The notes beneath the pieces were generated by a model. The model was not told the DNA's origin. It did not search any database and worked only from the letters and a program-made list of their open reading frames with translations. Both the position numbers and the translations under genes were made by a program. A DNA stretch of 64,000 bases from Chiloscyllium plagiosum. Lineage: Eukaryota. This document shows, piece by piece, positions 50,990-62,619 of this stretch. The stretch is from the NCBI RefSeq assembly GCF_004010195.1, contig NC_057713.1, positions 136,128,911 through 136,192,910 of the forward strand, in the 5' to 3' direction. Position 1 is the first letter of the stretch. Every line of letters begins with the position of its first letter.

Positions 50990-51325
50990 GATGGCCTGGT
51001 GGTTTCATCGCTGGACTGTTAATCCAGAGACCCAAGTAATGTTCTGCACACCAATGTTCAAATTTTGCCAGGTCCCCAGCAGATACTGGAATTTGTCTTC
51101 AATAAAAATCTGGAATTAAGAGTCGAATGATGACCATGTGGCCATTGTCAATTACTGGGGGAAAAAATCTGGTTCACAAGTATCCTTTAGGGGACTTCCT
51201 TGGTCTGGTCGACATGTGACTCTAGATCTTATAGCAACGTGATTGACCCCTAACAGCCCTCCTGGGCAATTAGGGACGGGCAATAAATGTTGGCTAGCCA
51301 ATGACACCCACATTCCATGAATAAT
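50990..51325 (+). mobile_element. tRNA-derived SINE with L2-like tail
   Basis: tggcctggtgg..ctggact head; tail gggcaataaatgttggc..gacacccacattccatgaat. Partial copies at ~19625-19740, ~33425 and ~59535-59840. Confidence 0.7.
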
Positions 51326-52827
51326 ATGCAAGAAAGTTACAAGGCACAATAAAAAGCTTAAATTATTTGGTGCGAGCAGAGAAACTTGTAACATGACAGG
51401 TGTATAAACTTAAATCTTAGTGCTTTTTTAAAAAAAGATACAAAACTCTTTCGTGAAGTTACTGATATCGTATTAAGTCAGAAATTATTCCTTCCCTCAA
51501 TGGCAGACCCAAATGAAATGATAGCCAAATCAAGAACTCAGCAATTACCTGCTCTGGCATCAAAACAGATTAAGAATAGTTCAAATACATCAACTGTAAA
51601 ATCATTTCCTTTTCAAGAAGTTGGGACTCAAGAATCATGTGACCATTTGAAAACAACTCAATAGGTTATGCATAATTTGCCCATAGTTGAGTTCAACCTT
51701 TAAGATTTTAGTTTGCATGATGGAAATTTGGAGAAATAACATGGCTACTGCACCAAAACTCTTAATCATTCTTTTGTTTGTATCACATCAAAAACATTAA
51801 TACAAGGAGGCAATATGGTATGGTCCAAAAGGATAAACTGACTTATGCCGTTATACAATATCAATTTGGAAAGAAATTTAGAGTATAAACAAAGAAACTA
51901 GGTTACATTTGTAACATAACCAACACAAACTGGCAACACTCCAAAACATGTGCTCCGATCCACACAAAGTGGCACAGAGTATATGGAAACATTCACCTAT
52001 TTAGGGGCATGACCTTTTCAGACTGATGGCTTTGCACAATAAAATTTAAAGTACCTGTCATAATAGCGGCTCCAAGTATTATACAATCAACACCACTTGA
52101 ATTTGAATATTTGCAAATGTTTTTCAAGTGGAAGCACTAGGAGTACCAATTTGCATGCTGGAATCAGTCACAAAAGTTGTCTAATTTTATGCTAACAATG
52201 TTATAGAAGTTTTTCCATACTAAATTCATAACAGCATTGTTTTTCCGACTTTAACTTTGATGGTGACAAATCTGCAATAAAATATGGCCTACTTTGAAAG
52301 CAAAAATGCACACAAGCAGGTTGAACAGCTTTACCAATGTAAAGGACAAATCTCAGAAGTGTCTGAAAGAATCTACTGCAAACACATGGAAATAGATAGG
52401 TTTTAATGTCCCAAAAACAAAAAGATGAAATGTTTTAAGGATGTTTAGACTGAATGAGGTCCCAAACAATTTTCCTTTTAAATTCCAACACCAACACAGC
52501 AATGTTAAGACTTCACTGTATAGGGAAATCCAGAGTTCAGTCAGAAACATTCAGCTATTTTAAATCTCAACCAAAACACGAAGTTAAGGTAGTCAGAAAA
52601 TGGCACTCAATTTTCATGAAGGAAGGTGGGGTCAATAAAGACTAATCTGAAAGGGAAAGCAGTATGACTCCATTTGTGCATAACTAGTGGACTGCACAGG
52701 TAGCATTAGAAGCCAAGAACAGGTCATCTAAACTCTTGAAATAATTGGTGCACAACCGAGAAAATTACATGCAAGAAAAAATAGGTTTTTAAAAACTTAC
52801 CTCAATAGAAAGTGAGAATAATTGTTT

Positions 52828-53188
52828 TCATAGAATCGCTACAGCATGGAAGCAAGCCATTCATTCCATTGAGTCCACACCAATCCTTGGAGAAGCTTCC
52901 CACCCAGGCACATCCCTCTACCCTATCCCTGTAATCCTGCATTTCCCATGACTAATCCACCTAGCCTGAACATCCCTGGACATCTTGGGCAATTTAGCAT
53001 GGCCAATCCACCTAACCTGCAAATCTTTGGATTGTGGGAGAAAACAGGAGCAGCTGGAGGAAACTCTCGCAGATACAGGGAGAATGCGCAAATTTCACAC
53101 AAACAAATAGTTGCCCAAGTGTGTGATTGCAACTGGGTCCCTAGCGCTGAGATACAGCTTTGCTAACCAATGAGCCACCATTCCACCC
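52828..53188 (-). mobile_element. Older HE1/V-SINE
   Basis: gggcaatttagcatggccaatccacctaacctgca..tttggattgtgggag is the diverged reverse-complement V-SINE body. Confidence 0.85.
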
Positions 53189-53445
53189 TACTTACTACTT
53201 CTACATTTCTCCTATCAAGGCTTCTGCTGCTTCGATCAATTGTCACATGCTGAACAAATACATAGCAATATAGTACTTCTTAAAAACTATCCTTGGTAAA
53301 AATTGTTTGAGTAATTTAAAGGCATAAATAATACTGGAGGCTCTTGTGGCACAGTGATAGAATCCAGAAATCTGGAATTGAAGGGTTCAAATCCAACTTG
53401 TTCTGGAGGTATGTCAGAACAACTGAACAAATTGATTTAAAAATA

Positions 53446-54824
53446 TATAATTTAAAACCACAACTATTACAGATGATCATATATTGGAATTTTTACATAG
53501 AGTAAATGCTGAAATTATGGTGATAACCTACAACCCTAGCAGTAAGCTGAAAAGGAGCAAGTGTTTCATCATCCCCACACTGAACATCAAGTACCTGAAA
53601 CATATGACTCCAAAAATTCAATGTGATCAGGTGTTACAATTGTGTTTTAAAGAAAGGAAGCCAACTTTTCTCAAAACATCAATTATTTTTGCCACTTCTT
53701 TCAATTCCATCAGATGAGGTAAGTAGAATCTCATTTGAACCTTCATTGCTCAGACCTTTGAGTATATGAGTTGGAATATCATGCTGAGGTTGAACAGGAT
53801 ATTGGTGAAGCCTTGTGTAGAGTACGGTATCCAATTCTGGTCACCCTGTTATATGAAGATTATTAAACTGGAGACAGTTCAGAAAAGATTTACCAGGATG
53901 TTGCAGAATGGAGGGTTTGAGTTATAAAAATAGGCCAAATAGGCTGGGAATTCTTTCACTGGCATGGAGGAGGTTGAGGGGTGGCTCTTATTAAAGGTTT
54001 TTAAAATCATGAAGGGCAGAGATAAGGTGAATGGCAAAGGTCTTTTCCCGAAGGTAGGGGAGTTCAAAACTAAAAGGGGCATCTTTTTAAGGTAAGCAGA
54101 GAACGATTTAAAAAGGAAACAAGGGGCAACTTTTTACGCAAAGTACTTAGTATGTGAAATGAACTGCCAGAGGAAGTGGTGGATGCAGGTACAGTTACAA
54201 CGTGTAAAAGACATTTGGATAAGTCCATGATAGGAAAAGTTTGGAGGAAAAGGACCAAATGCAGGCAGGTGAGACCAATTTAGTTTGGGAACATGGTTGG
54301 CATGGACTAGTGGGGCCAAAGGGTCTGTTTCCATGCTGTGGGACTCTCGACTTTGAGCGATCTTCCTTTTTAAATTGACTGCCCCAGCAAACACAGCTTA
54401 CCTTCCAGGGTTGTAAGACCTTTTATAGCCTTATTGATTCTCAAACTTGTATGCAGAGAGCTTGGATACAGGAGTGTACCTGAATATCTATGATAGATTC
54501 CTGTTCATGCCACAGCCTGGGTATGGAAAGTTCAAATGAGATTCTACTTTCCTCATCTGATGGAATTGAAGCAAGTGGCAAAAATGATAGAAATCTTGAG
54601 AAAAATTGGCTTCCTTTCTTTAAAACACAATTGTTAGACCTGAGCACATTGATATTTTGGTGCCATATGTTTCAGGTACTTGATGTTCAGTGTGGCAATG
54701 ATCAAACACTCGCTCCTTTTCAGCCTACTAGGGTTGTAGACTAAATGCTGAAATTATGGTGATAACCTAAGCAAAAACTCCAATATATGATTGTCTGTAA
54801 ATACTGTTGTGGTTTTAAATTATA
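53446..54824. repeat. ~310-bp inverted duplication (arms ~53446-53756 and ~54515-54824) enclosing a CR1 3' fragment (~53757-54350)
   Basis: For example acaattgtgttttaaagaaaggaagccaa versus ttggcttcctttctttaaaacacaattgt, and caattccatcagatgagg versus cctcatctgatggaattg. Confidence 0.9.
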
Positions 54825-55221
54825 ACTGGTCAAATCTAGTTGGACGAAGTGACAATCTTGCATGGCAAAGTGCAGTTCTTCGCACAACATGCATACGCTT
54901 TAAAATGTTTGGGCTTTATGCCAATCAAGATTATTGATTTTCAGCCTCTGACAAGAATGAGGGAAAATATCAAGCAATCTGACCTTGGGAGGCTTAATAC
55001 AATCTCCCTGCTTCCCCAATTCCAATCCAATACCACATGTAAGTGCCTGCAATCAGTGACTAACTCCTAATTTATAGTAGTCCTAGCAGTGTCACATCAT
55101 GTAAATGTACTCATTTCACAAAGACAAAATTAAAATACACAATGATTTCATAAAGCAAACACTTTCATAAAATGGAAGTTCACTATGGTTTCAAAATATG
55201 CAGGTATAGAACAACTACACT

Positions 55222-55437
55222 GGGGAGAAAGTGAGGTCTGCAGATGCTGGAGATCAGAGCTGAAAATGTGTTGCTGGAAAAGCGCAGCAGGTCAGGCAGC
55301 ATCCAGGGAACAGGAGAATCGACGTTTCGGGCATAAGCCCTTCTTCAGGAATCCTGAAGTAGGGCTTATGCCCGAAACGTCGATTCTCCTGTTCCCTGGA
55401 TGCTGCCTGACCTGCTGCGCTTTTCCAGCAACACATT
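55222..55437. mobile_element. Family A palindromic double-hammerhead mini-element (least decayed copy)
   Basis: 87-bp arms 55264-55350 and 55352-55438 with one mismatch. Perfect 15-bp TSD TAGAACAACTACACT (55207-55221, 55438-55452). Confidence 0.92.
55316..55353 (-). ncRNA. Minimal type-I hammerhead ribozyme motif (family A); the mirror copy on + at 55349-55386 has A9->U
   Basis: UC-CUGAAGA-A-GGGC(UUAU)GCCC-GAAAC-GUC-GA. The + copy has a perfect stem I GAAUC/GAUUC but reads CUGAAGU. Confidence 0.82.
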
Positions 55438-55523
55438 TAGAACAACTACACTAACCATCAACCAACTTAAGGTAAATTGGTCAAGCTCATTTACTCCTGG
55501 TTGAAATGACATACATGGTTTTT

Positions 55524-55758
55524 AAAAAATCATACAACACCAGGTTATAGTCCAACAGGTTTAATTGGGAGCACACTAGCTTTTGGAGCGCCGTTTCTTC
55601 ATCAGGTGGTTATCCTGATGAAGGAGCGATGCTCCGAAAGCTAGTGTGCTCCCAATAAAATCTGTTGGACTATAACCTGGTGTTGTGAGATTTTTAAACT
55701 GGTGTTGTATGATTTTTAACTTTGTCCTCCCAGTCCAATACCGGCACCTCCACATCAT
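55524..55758. mobile_element. Family B palindromic hammerhead mini-element
   Basis: Arms ~55524-55606 and ~55614-55696. The + core CTGATGA-A-GGAGC(GAT)GCTCC-GAAAG-CTA at 55615-55643 is intact; the minus core is mutated. Confidence 0.88.
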
Positions 55759-56209
55759 GGCTATATTTACATACACAGCTGCGCTGTCAACAAAGAATGT
55801 TGAAACCTTGTGCTTTATTTGAATCACCATAAATTTGGGGACCCTATTTTCCTCTTGCTTTCTCCATTTCAACACTTCACCCAATTACAGACTAATTGGT
55901 CAGTCTATCCTCCTGCAGCATAACTGTTATGGTCAGTTTGAAATTTAGTATTTTTGCATTTGTCCAGGTGAATGCAAGATGAGAAGTGTCAGCAAAATGT
56001 ATCTTTTTCTGCAACAAATTAAGAAAAAAGCTAACTCAAGCACAGGTTCTGAAATAAAGAGATTTACAATCTGGCATGCAACAAATTCAGCTACCTAAAA
56101 TACAAAATTTGCGATTAAGTGATTATGCATTTGATTTGAAAACCTATTCTGTAAAAATCATATGAATGGATCACAATCTCAAAAAGAAATATTTGCAGGA
56201 ATAAAGTAA

Positions 56210-56850
56210 ATTAAGTGGAGTCAAAAGGTAGACAGGGCAGTGAAGGAGGCTTTTGATACACTGGCCTTCATCAGCTAGGGCACTGAATACAGAAGTTGGG
56301 AAGTTATGTGCAGTTGTACAGGACATTGATGAGGCTATACTTAGATCGCGTTCAGTTTTGGTCCCCTTGCTATAGAAATTATGGTATTAAACTGGAAAAG
56401 AGTGCAGAAAAAAGGAAAAGGATGCTGTCAAGGGTCTGAGTTATAGGGAAAGGTTGGGCAAGCCAAGACTTTTCCTTTAGAGCATTGGAAACGGAGGGGG
56501 AACTTAAAGACATGTACAAGATCATGAGAGGCATGGATAGGGTGAATACACAGACTTTTTTCCGAAGGTTTGGTATTCGAGGACTAGAGGGCATCAGTTT
56601 AAAGTTAGAGGGGAAAGAATAAATGGCAACTTATGGGGCAACCTTTTAAGAGGGTGGTATGCATGAGCTGCCAGTGGAAGTGATTGAGGCGGGTACATTA
56701 ACAACATTTAAAAGGCATTTGGACAAATATATGGATAGGAAAGGTTTAGAAGGATATGGGCCAAATGCAGGCAAATGGTGTTAGTTTGGATAGATATATT
56801 GGTTGGCATGGGTCAGTTTGGCCGAAGGGCCTGTCTGTGCTGTAGGACTG
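56210..56850 (+). mobile_element. CR1 LINE 3' fragment
   Basis: Same subfamily as 24245-24870: VQFWSPCYR.., DMYKIMRGMDRVN, 3'UTR. Confidence 0.88.
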
Positions 56851-58979
56851 ATTAATTGCTCCACAAGTGAACACATTCAGACATGAAGGGCCAAATGGTC
56901 TCCTCCTATGCTGTAACCAATTATGTATACCAATTCTTAAAAATCCATTGTGAACTAACAATTTTTGCCTAATTGTTTTGTAGTGCATTCAAAAAAGGGC
57001 TGTAATATCATTAACGATCATGGATGAACACACTTTAATTTAATTATTGATAAAATATAAAATAAATGTAATAGTCTTTAGCAGTACAACGTTTGCCTAA
57101 TATAACCTTTAAATTGCACATTCCAAATATGCCAGCCCCTTGATCCTAATGAGGATCCTGCTCAAGAACAGACCTGAAGGCAAAAATTACAGCTGACCAC
57201 AAGAACTTGCATTTCTTAGCACTTCTCAATTCAAAGAAATTTCAAGGGTTGCAAATGGGAAGATAACTGGTAACAATGTAAAAAGAATGAACAAAGGTAA
57301 AGTAGCAAATCTAAAGAAACCATCAGAAAATATATCTTCCCAAACAAGAAGGGAGCTGACAAAGCATAAAAAGCTAAGCAGAGAATCAGACAAGAGAATA
57401 GTGACAGAAAAAGTTAAAGAAAGTAAGAACTTGATTAAAAAAAACTGAACACCTGAAGTGCAGTCTTGTTTTGAAATGCAAGGAAGCTCAACATTAATGC
57501 ATAATGTGCTAATAAAGCTGGAGGAGATCACCTAGACAAGCTTGGTGAGACCGTGGAAGCACAGGAAATTAGAAACAAAAGTTTATAACATGAGCGTGCG
57601 TTGAAAGGTATTGTAGTGAAGCTTGGTAGGACAGGGGTGAGAAACACAGGTTATTTGTGCAGGCACACCCTGCATTTTTCTGGTTCAAAGCAAACTATTG
57701 CAAAGGAAGCAAATCTGTTGTCATTATCTGACTCCAGATGCAACTCCAGAGTGACTCTTAAAGGCCTTCTGAAATGTCTTTGCAGTTGCCAAGGACATAA
57801 CCAGCAAAAACCATACAGTAGGCAGATTCTGAAAAAAAAAGGATATACTGTGCCTGATCAACCTTGCAATGTTCTCATTAACATTGGGAAAATGTGCCAA
57901 AAGTAACAGCCTGACAAAACCATACTGTCAGAAACATACCATGAAGCCAATGTCCCCAAATGACTCTTTCACCATGCCTGGCTATGTCCTATTCCATCAA
58001 AGAGAGACACCTCAGAGGTGATATCACAAGAACTAATGGCCCTGGGAACCCACAACATTGACTCTGGACCACAGATATTGCAAACATAGAGAAGGAAATG
58101 CCATGTAAATGATCACCTATCACCCTCCTGCAGCTTATAAATCAGTATTCCTCTGCGTGAAGCACCACTGAGAAAAAGCACAGGAGTAGCAAGATGACAG
58201 AATTTCAAAACTGGACATTTGAGAAATCAAAAGAATAACTCTATCCGACCAAAGTATGTCACCACAGAGCTGGCATATCTCACTTTATTACCATCAAACC
58301 AAGAGATCAACCCTGGCTCAATGAACAGTGCAGCACATGCCAGTAACACTAGACATGCTTAAAAATGAGGCATCAACTGGAGCTACAGAACAGTCTATAA
58401 CATGCTAAAAATTGAAACAGCAGACTATAAACAGAACTAAGCAATCCCACAGGCAGCAGATTATACTGAAAGCCCTGCAGTGCTGCCACAACCAGTTATG
58501 AATGGAGGAGAATTTAAAAGTTAATCGAAGGTGGCAGAGAGGAGATAGGGAATCAAGTGAAAGGTGTGTAAAGGAAAAAGAGAAAGAAATAAAACTTCCA
58601 GGCTTATCAGCAAACAGGAAGGGGGACAAATACACAAAAAGGGAATAAATCATTTATATGCTTTTTCCCCCAGAGGACACCCAAAACACATTTAAGCTGG
58701 CAGATTACTTTTGAAATGTGCTTTTAGGCACACTCACCTGTGGATTTTGGAAGGAAGTGTTGGCAAGCAGTAACGAGAAAGGTACAAAGTAATCAATGTG
58801 ATTCGTATGCGTTGGGTGAGGCACAAAAGCCCTTTGTACATGACCTTTTACACTGATTTGATTTGATTTGACAAGACAGTACCCACTTTTATCAGTATCT
58901 GAATGATTGCATTTTCGATTTTGTTAAAAACACAATGCCAGTGGGAAGTAAACACTCTTGTTACACTCTCGTCCTTGGC

Positions 58980-59320
58980 AGTTTGGGCTCACTGGTAGAA
59001 TTTTCACCTCGAGTCAAAAGGTCACGGGTTCATACCCCATCTCAGATTTGAGCACATCATCTCAAAGAGCTCTCCAGTGCAATAGTGAGAATGTTTCCTC
59101 TGACAGTCTTAGCCAATCATATGGATGAAACCAGAGGTCCCATCTGCCCCTCAACTGGATATAAATGGATTGGATGTAAATGACCACACAGAACAGGAGA
59201 GTTCTCCTCATATCTATGCACAAACTGGCTGCTGCTTTTCAGTAAATTTCAATAGTTGTATTTCAAAAGTATTTTGAGATGTCCTCCAGTTGTATAAGGC
59301 AATACAATTGTATAAGTCTC
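58980..59320 (+). mobile_element. Degenerate DeuSINE (SacSINE1/AmnSINE1-like); similar remnants at ~19165-19450 and ~22490-22670
   Basis: tRNA-like head ggctcactggtag..gggttcatacccc, Deu-domain-like ccagaggtcccatctgcccctcaactgga..caggagagttctcc, and an L2-like tail. Recognised from memory of the consensus. Confidence 0.55.
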
Positions 59321-61094
59321 CAATTCAAGATTCTAGGCACTTCAAAAAAAGTCTATATATTGGATGTGTTTACCACAAATCATGACTGACAACCTTTAAG
59401 AGAGACAAAACTAGCATAACAGCAATGCTAACAGATTTAATTATGACACAATTGCAATGAACAAAAGCAGCCAGAATTATGCAAAGGTTCCAATAACTCA
59501 AAGGAGAAGATAGAATAAAATAAATAAATATGAACCATTCATGGGAGTTGGGTGCCACTGGAAGGGTCAGTATTTGTTTCCTATCCTCAACTGCCCTTTA
59601 ATGGAGCAGGTCTCTACACCCTTTCAGAGTGCAGAGAAGAGTGAAGTGCATTTCTATGGGTCTAGAGTCACATACTAGCTAGACTGGTTCAGGTTGGCAG
59701 ATTTCCTTCACAAAAAGGTCATTTCACTGATGTGGTTCACTCTTAATTGGCCTTACAAACAGCCCAGAGAGCCACTCTGTACAAGAACAACTGGTGATGG
59801 GCAACAAATGCCAACCTTGCCAGTGACACCCACATCCCAGGTAAAAATACAATAGCAGAAACATTAACCATTTAGCCCATTTCTGACCCACTTTGATGCA
59901 AGTGATGCATTAAAAGGGAAAGCTAATTATGCTTGAGAAAATTTGATGCTATACTTTAAAAGTACAAGATTAAAAAAGATTTCTAGTCAGAAGTATAGGG
60001 CCACAAATCATCATCTCGAAGGAATGAATTTGAATTTTATATTAACAGGAAAATCTCAATAATTCAGTGTATAATAAAAGTGTCAAACTATGCCAACTAG
60101 GAAGCCCAGCTTCATTCCCTTTCTCTACAGTTAGATGTCAAGTTGGTCCTCAGATCTTATATTTCAGTATTCCAACAATTGCTGAGGGATATAGGAAAAG
60201 CAAGAAAATGCAACTAGGGATTCTGCTAATTGCTGTACAGTGACCCCTCCTGGAAGCAAAGTGAGCGACAGATCAGGTTACCAGGCTTTCACTATCAAAC
60301 ACAAGCAGTCATTGCATGCGCTTACACATGAATAACAGACCAGAGCTTCAATGAAGGCAAATTCACTACTGAAATAGAACTCAGCATGTAGACATCTTTC
60401 GATATTTTGTTTCTATGAGATTTGGATGGCACTGTTTAGTATGTTTTTGAAACTAAGTAAATTATGTAATTTTAGAGCATTTAAATTTCCCTGCCCTGAA
60501 GGGCATTAACCACCTAGTTGAGATTTTGTGACAATTCACCAGCTTTCATAGTGTCAGGCCACAAATTTATTAAATCTATTAAATTCAGTTCTACAACTTG
60601 CTATAGTGCGGTCTGAACTCAACCTGTACAATGCTCAAGATTCTCGGACTGAACCCAGACAAGCTTTGTTTGTGGACACTGAGGCATGAACGCACATGAA
60701 CATTCAGTTCTTAACAGCACAGGTGTGAGAGGGGAAAAAAGGATATCAGCAGCCAGGGTTAGCAAGTCTGATCACTACCTTTAAGTACTGTGCTCACAAG
60801 GTTCTGCAAACTGCAAAAACAGGAACAGGCCTAGTTATAGTGCTGCGATGAGCCATCATTATTGTTTAACCATGACACTGAATGACAGATAAATTGACAA
60901 ATTCCATGGAACCACAACTGACAGAGGTTGAAAAACAGAGATTGGAGTAATTGTGTCACAGGAAGGCAACTAAAATTCGCACTCCAGCTCAAATCACCAC
61001 CTTTATCAAAAATATACCAGAAGGAAGAGTAATGGTAATTGAAAGGAAATAGTGACCCCAAATTGGCTATTACTAGTTCATATATAGGAAGAAA

Positions 61095-61282
61095 GCAACA
61101 ATACATTTGGATACAATTACAACAACTAAAAGGCATCTGCGTGGGTATATGAATAGGAAGGGTTGAGGGGGATTTGGGCCAAATGCTGGCAAATGGGACT
61201 AGACTAATTTAGACTATCTGGTCAGCATGGACAAGTTGGACTGATGGTTCGGTTTCCGTGATGTACATCTCTATGACCCTAT
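61095..61282 (+). mobile_element. CR1 LINE 3'UTR
   Basis: aaaaggcatctg..gggccaaatgctggcaaatgggactag..tacatctctatgac. Confidence 0.8.
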
Positions 61283-62467
61283 GCCTTGAATCCTCCCCCT
61301 ACCCAGCCCTTCATAGGAGCATTCCAAGACAAAGCTTGGAGATAAAAGGCAAATATTAGGACAGAAGGCCAAATGTTTGGTTTTAAGGGATATTTTAAGA
61401 GGACAGAGGGATTTAAGGGAGGCAATTCCAGAATTCAGGATGCAGAGGGAGCCAGAATTAGATTAATGCAAATCACTGGTGAGGCTAAAGGAGACTAGAT
61501 AGACAGACATAGTGAGACAGCACACAAGAGATGCCCACAGAGAAACTGGACAAAAGGGTGAGCATTGGAAAACTGGGGTGTTGCTTGATTGGGAACAAAG
61601 TACTTACAGCTCTGGACTCCATAATTATTAGTATTAATTATCTATAGGACAAAGTGTGTAGCATCTACAAGATATATTGTAGCAATTTATTAAGGCTCCT
61701 TTGACAGCATCTTGCAAACCTGCTGCTTCTACCAATTACAAGGACAGCAGGTACATAGGATCACCACCTATAAAGTTCCAATCCCAGCCATATTGTCATT
61801 GTTGCGGCACCAAATCACAGAATTCCTGTCTTAATTGCACTGGGTGTCTAGCTGCATTCACCTCCATCCCCATAGACCACAGCTCTTCAAAGGTGGAGGC
61901 TCACCATTAACTTTTCAAGGTGAAATTGGCAGGCTGGACTAACACCTTTTAGTGCCACACTATTGCCAGTATGCATTGCTGGTAGAGGGGGTGAATGTTG
62001 CTTTATATTGTAAATTAGTAGGAATATAGGAATTAGTACTATCAATAATCCCAGGATCTAGGACTCCAATTCACTGGCTCACAATAACCAACAGCCTCAA
62101 TTTTAAAGTGTTCATCAGCACCCTGTGAACAAACAATATCTGTTTGTACACTTAAAGATAAAGCTTAATTTTGACTCATAGTACTATCAGCTGCATTCCC
62201 ATTCAAACAAAGACAAAGCAAATGAAGTACACATGTAACATCAAGATGATCAAACAAAATAACTTCCACTGTGACAATAAAGTTGTTTGAATTATATTTC
62301 ATAATAAAATACAGAATTCATTTGCAATATTAAATAGATCATGAACAGGAATGCTTAAGCATCAAGAAATTCTGAATATCAAATTGTACAATTACCCATA
62401 AAATATCTTGACTTTTATAATTTAAGTTCAGAATTCCAGTCTCCTAAAAGGCTCAAAGCCTATCATG

Positions 62468-62619
62468 GAGGAGAAAATGAGGACTGCAGATGCTGGAGGT
62501 CAGAGTCTAAGAGTATGACGTGGGAAAAGCACAGCGGGTCAGGCAATATCCGAGGAGCAGGAAGAGGATGAGGTGGCAGCTGCCCGACTTGCTGTGCTTT
62601 TCCAGCACCACACACTCGA
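62468..62619. mobile_element. Family A palindromic mini-element with the central hammerhead region deleted
   Basis: gagaaaatgaggactgcagatgctgga..ggaaaagcacagc.ggtcaggca / tgcccgacttgctgtgcttttcc. 16-bp TSD CTCAAAG(CC/TT)TATCATG at 62452 and 62620. Confidence 0.8.

Noticed and set aside
55185-55454. Mirror-image ORFs MCCWKSAAGQAAS... on both strands (also at 26288 and 48961)
   Set aside because: A consequence of the palindromic mini-element, not protein-coding genes.
57180-57430. Purine-rich stretch that looks Lys/Glu-coding
   Set aside because: Wrong strand and wrong side for a CHD7 exon; it contains stops and has no ORF of 60 aa or more on +.
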